IMG/VR virus record: IMGVR_UViG_3300024228_000018
Coordinates: 1-28,520 of that record
Reading direction: 5' to 3' (one strand)
Length of the DNA stretch: 28,520 nucleotides
DNA from: a virus
Taxonomy: Duplodnaviria > Caudoviricetes
How positions within the stretch are numbered: the stretch's first letter is position 1; each line of letters begins with the position of its first letter. This document shows, piece after piece, positions 23,989-28,520 of the stretch. The notes under the pieces are model-generated. The model worked only from the letters and a program-made list of their open reading frames with translations. It had not been told where the DNA came from and did no database searches. Made by a program: the position numbers and the translations under genes.

Positions 23989-25146
23989 TTATTTTCGTTT
24001 TCTAATTTTAAACGAAGAAGCAGTTTTTCCGCTTGGGACTGATCTAACCTTCCAACCGTTAGGAGCATCGACTTCTTGGTGAGCCCCTCTAGGACTCATA
24101 TCGATGTTCTTAGCTTTTGATATGGAATCTTTCATTGCATCAGCTTTGCCTTGCTCATAAAAGTGATTAGCAATCTTGTCAGCGTTCATAGCTGTAAATA
24201 GAGACTTATGGTAACCACCAGCGTCAGACATTTCATTTTTATCATTCAAGAACTTCTTGACAAAATTATTAATGTCGCTTTGATTACTCTTAACAGATTC
24301 TACATCATTAACGTTGTACCTAAATTTTTTATCTCCAACAGCGAAATCAAAACCTTTGAAATCTTTTGAAAATAATTTTTGAGTCTTTGTTTTAAATGTA
24401 GACACCTGTGCCTCTGCTAATTTGCTAGCTTCCTCATTTTCTTTTGTATATCGGTTAAAGAATTCAACCGCTTTCTTTTGTTCAGGGTTCAATCTAGACC
24501 CTGCTTTAATTTCTTCGTAATACTTAGTCTTTAATCCGTCTAAGTAATTTTTAGCTTTAGCTAATTCCTCTTTGTGAGCAATCTGCTTTTTTCGAACATC
24601 TCTCTCCTCATCTAACTCTTGGTCATAAGAAAAAGTATCTTCCATTAGGAAGCTTATTTCTTCAGAGTCCAGGTGAGGCTTTGTTGTTTCGTAGTACTCT
24701 CTAAGAAGCTGCGTTTCACTTAAAGACGTATAATCTGTATTAAGTTTAACATAATCTGACAAGCTACCGCCTGTTTCATTCATAAACTCAACTACTTTTT
24801 GTATGTTCTCAGGCAATTCAATACCCGCATCAGCTTCTATTAAAGCTTGTTCTACTTGATCTTCAAGCTCTTCAGTTTGCTCTACAACCTCTTCTTCGGT
24901 TATTTCCTGAATAATAGGCTGCTCAATTGTTTCTGTAACTTCCTCAACTTCCTTAACCTCTTCATTAATCTGTTCAACAGGAGCCTCCTCGCTTACTGGT
25001 TCTTGTTCAGCTGGAGTTTCTTCAGTAGGTTTATTTAGCTCGGCTAAGTTTACTTTAATTACGCCGTCATCAACGGTCATTGGTCCAACAGGACTCTGCT
25101 CCACCACTTCTTCAGTGGCGGTTTTGTTTTCTAGTTCTTCTGACAT
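23989..25146 (-). CDS. Probable capsid scaffolding protein
   Basis: Very acidic Glu-rich N-terminal third, helical core and basic C-terminal tip (SFKIRKRK). Located between portal and capsid genes. Confidence 0.7.
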   Translation of the reverse strand: MSEELENKTATEEVVEQSPVGPMTVDDGVIKVNLAELNKPTEETPAEQEPVSEEAPVEQINEEVKEVEEVTETIEQPIIQEITEEEVVEQTEELEDQVEQALIEADAGIELPENIQKVVEFMNETGGSLSDYVKLNTDYTSLSETQLLREYYETTKPHLDSEEISFLMEDTFSYDQELDEERDVRKKQIAHKEELAKAKNYLDGLKTKYYEEIKAGSRLNPEQKKAVEFFNRYTKENEEASKLAEAQVSTFKTKTQKLFSKDFKGFDFAVGDKKFRYNVNDVESVKSNQSDINNFVKKFLNDKNEMSDAGGYHKSLFTAMNADKIANHFYEQGKADAMKDSISKAKNIDMSPRGAHQEVDAPNGWKVRSVPSGKTASSFKIRKRK

Positions 25147-25178
25147 GATAAAATATTATATAATTATTACTATTATTA

Positions 25179-27605
25179 TTACTTAGGATCAAAGTTACCT
25201 AAGCCGAAATCTCCACTAAGTATGTCGTTTCCTGCGGATTCGAAGTTTTTAGGAGGTAAATCGTTTTTTCTTTGGTTTATTAATTCACTTTGTTGTGAAG
25301 CCTGGATTTTTGTTCGGTCATCTTTTCTATCTTCTTTTTCTTTTATCTCGGACTTTTTACCAGATACTTCCAAGCCTTTAAGCTGCATATTCATTTGAAA
25401 CTCTAACTGCATAAGTTCTTTTTTCAAAGCTGCTTCTTGCATTAATTTTTGAGTATCTATCTCGGCTTTAGCTTGCTCTAGACTTATTTTTTGCTGCATG
25501 AGCGCTTGGCTTTTCTGTACTTCTGCTTGAGCAGCTACCTGCTGGGCCTGAGCATTTGCTTGTGCCTGCGCTTGAATATTTTCTTGTTGTATCTTTTGAT
25601 CTTTCTTTTGTTTTTGATCTCTTCTTATTTTTAGCAATTGATTAGCTAATTTAAGATTCTTTATTTCTCTAAGATCTATAGCGTCTGATAAATCAATCAT
25701 ACCGGCTTGAACAGCTACTTGTATATTGTTTTCGAGCATTGCTTTTTCCTCTTCGTCAGGCGAAAGCTGTATGAATATACCAAAATCATACAAATATAAG
25801 TCTGACATTTCTTGCAGCACAGCTACATTCTGATTACCTATCTTATGTATGAACGCTTGTCTTGTGGGCGAGTATTCTATAATATCAGATATTCTTAATG
25901 ATAATCCTTCGCATAAATCTGCGGTTATAAATAAACTTCCGTTTAATATATGTCTTGTTGCTGTGTTTGAGTTAGCAGCTGCCATTTTCTGCACGCCTAC
26001 CAATGCTCTTGCGTCTGGTGTGCTACCGTCTCTTGCTTCATTAAGCCCCGTCACATCTCTTATCATTTGTAAATAATAATTGTATGTGGTTATTAAGCTT
26101 TGTAGTTTTGCCCCGCCAGATCCTGATTGTATTTCCTGAATAGGAACTTTACCTGGATTCATATCACCCTCTTGAGTGAAGCTTCTACCAATTACCGATC
26201 CAGTTTGAAAAAACATATTTAATGCTTCTTGCGGATTGTAGTTTGTGCCGTTGCCTAAATCAATTTCAGCTAAACCATCTGCGTCTAAATAAACTCCATC
26301 TGGAACCATCCTAGACATCACTTGCTGTAATTTCAAGTGAGTAAGCTGAATCATATCCGCAAACCCTGTTATTCTTGAAACTAAACTTTCAATACGCCCT
26401 TTATACATTCTAGGAGCAACTATACTGTAATTCATTTTTACTTTAGTATAATCGCTTTTAGGTCTTATCATATTAGTAGCTAACTCCCATTTAAGGACTC
26501 TACCTCCTAAAACTTTAACCCCTTCGTATAAAACTTCTAAAGACTGAGATATCTTTTCAATCTTATGATCCTGCATTATTTTTTCAGGTGGATTAAACTG
26601 ATCGTCTTTAGGTATTATTTTAGACGCTCCTGTTGCCAGCTCTTTTACTTTGTATACTTCATTTGTATAAGTCTTGTAATTAAAGTACAATACCTGCACA
26701 GTGTTAGCATCATCGCCATTATCATTATTCAAAGTTCTGTCATAAAAGCCATTTGCTTTGTACGATTGCTGAGATAATTGACCAAGGTCTTCGTTTGTTA
26801 AATAAGGGAATTGCTTTTTTAATTCATTTATATGCACACTCTTAACTTCACCTACATAATATATATCGTCAAAATACGGTGAATCGGTATACGACCATAC
26901 TAAGTTAGTAGGATCTACATAGTCCACGACTACCCCTTCTGATTTGCTAAATGTATTTTTAACAGCACCTATACCTATGGTAGTTAAGTCGTAATTACAT
27001 CGTCTTTTGGTTAAGTCGTATTTATTACCCTCTAGTAATACATTTATAGCTTGCTCTTCAGCTATTTCAACTTGCTGTTTATAAGTAAGTTGCATGTGTA
27101 CCTCTAGCTCTTCTTGATTTCTAGGCACAACGTCAGGAGCATTTTCAAACAAATTAACTCCAAATTCTTTTCTTACAAATTCATTCAGATCTTTGGTTTC
27201 CATGTCTCTTATTAGAGACTCCATATATTTAGTTCTTTTCTCAACGCCAAATGGATCTTGAGAATAAGCTTTAACATCAAATGATCTTTCAGATATTCCG
27301 TTAACAACAATATCAACAAACTTAGGAACCACTGGCACAGGTTTCCAATCTAAATTAAGATAAGATAAATCCCCGTTTATAGATAGTTCATCTTTATATT
27401 TTTGCACAGGTTGTTCACCTCTTGCATATAACCTTAAGTTATGAAAAGTGTTTTGATTACTTCTGAATCTACCAATACCGTTATCCGAAGAGAACCACTC
27501 GCTTTCAATAGCATTACCGATTTTCTTGCCATATTCTAATGACATTTTTTCTTCATCGCTTGCTACTTGACTCGGAAAATAAGATTTTACAACTGACTCA
27601 GCCAT
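25179..27605 (-). CDS. Portal protein
   Basis: 808 aa directly after terminase. LDWKPVPVVPKFVDIVVNG and IRDVTGLNEARDG, plus a long Gln/Ala/Lys coiled-coil C-terminus like a P22-type portal barrel. Confidence 0.85.
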   Translation of the reverse strand: MAESVVKSYFPSQVASDEEKMSLEYGKKIGNAIESEWFSSDNGIGRFRSNQNTFHNLRLYARGEQPVQKYKDELSINGDLSYLNLDWKPVPVVPKFVDIVVNGISERSFDVKAYSQDPFGVEKRTKYMESLIRDMETKDLNEFVRKEFGVNLFENAPDVVPRNQEELEVHMQLTYKQQVEIAEEQAINVLLEGNKYDLTKRRCNYDLTTIGIGAVKNTFSKSEGVVVDYVDPTNLVWSYTDSPYFDDIYYVGEVKSVHINELKKQFPYLTNEDLGQLSQQSYKANGFYDRTLNNDNGDDANTVQVLYFNYKTYTNEVYKVKELATGASKIIPKDDQFNPPEKIMQDHKIEKISQSLEVLYEGVKVLGGRVLKWELATNMIRPKSDYTKVKMNYSIVAPRMYKGRIESLVSRITGFADMIQLTHLKLQQVMSRMVPDGVYLDADGLAEIDLGNGTNYNPQEALNMFFQTGSVIGRSFTQEGDMNPGKVPIQEIQSGSGGAKLQSLITTYNYYLQMIRDVTGLNEARDGSTPDARALVGVQKMAAANSNTATRHILNGSLFITADLCEGLSLRISDIIEYSPTRQAFIHKIGNQNVAVLQEMSDLYLYDFGIFIQLSPDEEEKAMLENNIQVAVQAGMIDLSDAIDLREIKNLKLANQLLKIRRDQKQKKDQKIQQENIQAQAQANAQAQQVAAQAEVQKSQALMQQKISLEQAKAEIDTQKLMQEAALKKELMQLEFQMNMQLKGLEVSGKKSEIKEKEDRKDDRTKIQASQQSELINQRKNDLPPKNFESAGNDILSGDFGLGNFDPK

Positions 27606-27609
27606 ATAT

Positions 27610-28520
27610 TTATTTTTCTATTAATTTCGAAAATGCACCGCTATTGGTGTATTTAGCTATTTTTAAATTTAACTTTCTTTTTTGCATTTGTGGAACCGGC
27701 TTATATAAATTTTTATTACAAGCCATTATAGCTAAACCTGAACTTATAGCTGCATCAAACTTTGTTCTTTTATTTATATCGAATTTAGCCCAATCGTTTA
27801 AGGTTTCGTTAAAATACATATTGCCATATTGGCCGTCTGATTTTAATCCTATGTATTGGTCTATATATGATTCTATAGCTGCAGCGTGTGCTTGTTTTAT
27901 GTCTTCACTTGAATTAGGTATACCACCTATTTCTTTTTCTGCCACAGATAGCTTATTCCATATCTTGTCTGGTCTATTCATTGAATACCCTCTGTATCCT
28001 CTTCTTTTAAAATAATATAATAGACGCGGTTTATTATTCTCACACAGCAGAGGCATGCCGTAAAATACGCAAGCCATTAGCACATCTTCAAAAAACATTT
28101 CAGCTGTTTGGGGTCTTGCTACATATTCTAAAAAGAAAGCATTAGGCGGATGATCTTCTAAACTAAACTTAGTTAATCCGTGCAAAGCGCCTTTAGATCC
28201 TCTCCCGTCTGTTGTTCCGGATATATCGTAACTGTCACAACCAAAAGCACCTATATGTTCGTTGCCTGGTGATTTTCTACCATTTTTTATAAATTGATTA
28301 TTCTGAACACTAGCCGATGGTATCCAACTGACTTTAAATCTTCCGTTTGGATTTGGTGTAAATTTAACTTTGCTTTCTTTTATACCGTTTTCCCAAGAAA
28401 AACTACCTGTTGTAACTACCGCTGAATTAGCTAAGTCTTCGTTATAATCTATTTGTTCATATATTTTAACTAAGTTAAATATACTGTTTTTTGTTTCATC
28501 TCTAAAAGCGTGTTCCTCCG
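27610..28520 (-). CDS. terL: Terminase large subunit, C-terminal nuclease domain (5' end outside window)
   Basis: Frame is open to the window edge (EEHAFRDETKNSIFNL...GNEHIGAFGCDSYDISG...), so the track start at 28185 is internal. RNase H-like acidic motifs GCDSYD, LCENNK and FDAAISSGLA. Directly upstream of portal. Confidence 0.88.
   Translation of the reverse strand, partial: EEHAFRDETKNSIFNLVKIYEQIDYNEDLANSAVVTTGSFSWENGIKESKVKFTPNPNGRFKVSWIPSASVQNNQFIKNGRKSPGNEHIGAFGCDSYDISGTTDGRGSKGALHGLTKFSLEDHPPNAFFLEYVARPQTAEMFFEDVLMACVFYGMPLLCENNKPRLLYYFKRRGYRGYSMNRPDKIWNKLSVAEKEIGGIPNSSEDIKQAHAAAIESYIDQYIGLKSDGQYGNMYFNETLNDWAKFDINKRTKFDAAISSGLAIMACNKNLYKPVPQMQKRKLNLKIAKYTNSGAFSKLIEK

Noticed and set aside
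4374-28015. Numerous short + strand ORFs (62-158 aa) antisense to the structural genes, and minus-strand nested ORFs at 12441-12665 and 14390-14671
   Set aside because: All overlap long, well-supported genes, many have non-ATG starts, and none shows a recognisable motif. Typical shadow ORFs.
1-28520. Stop-codon reassignment as in some crAss-like phages
   Set aside because: The standard code gives near-complete coding density, and TAA, TAG and TGA all end genes at sensible boundaries.
1-28520. CRISPR arrays, tRNAs, introns/inteins, integrase or DGR elements
   Set aside because: Intergenic gaps are all under about 85 nt. By eye I saw no spaced DNA repeats, cloverleafs, intein termini, reverse transcriptase or template/variable repeat pairs.

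Overview
AT-rich tailed-phage DNA, most likely a podovirus-type phage of a Bacteroidota (Flavobacteriia-like) host. The host and family are inferred from A-rich leaders without Shine-Dalgarno motifs and from the gene order; no search was run. The + strand carries only the 3' end of a class I ribonucleotide reductase alpha gene, which converges on a bidirectional terminator. The rest is one minus-strand late module. In transcription order it runs: terminase large subunit (truncated), portal, scaffold, major capsid protein, a 279-aa protein, two probable ring/adaptor proteins, an 1843-aa tail protein followed by three smaller tail-associated genes (two Cys-rich), three probable ejection proteins (209, 451, 2467 aa), two small basic proteins, then a lysis cassette. 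The cassette is a holin candidate, a T7-lysozyme-like amidase and a 31-aa amphipathic peptide; the holin and the peptide are missing from the ORF track. The most striking object is the 2467-aa protein. It reads as a polyprotein in which five near-identical [IVL]-[QE]-F-S-K-[TN] motifs separate the modules. These are an N-terminal part with membrane-like helices and an HExxH zincin, a sigma70 region-2-like module, an EH-motif module, a 60-aa mini-module, a HAD phosphatase and a helical C-terminal part. This suggests an injected, possibly self-processed payload. A second oddity is the tail locus, where a Cys-rich repeat is split across a stop/start gene boundary.
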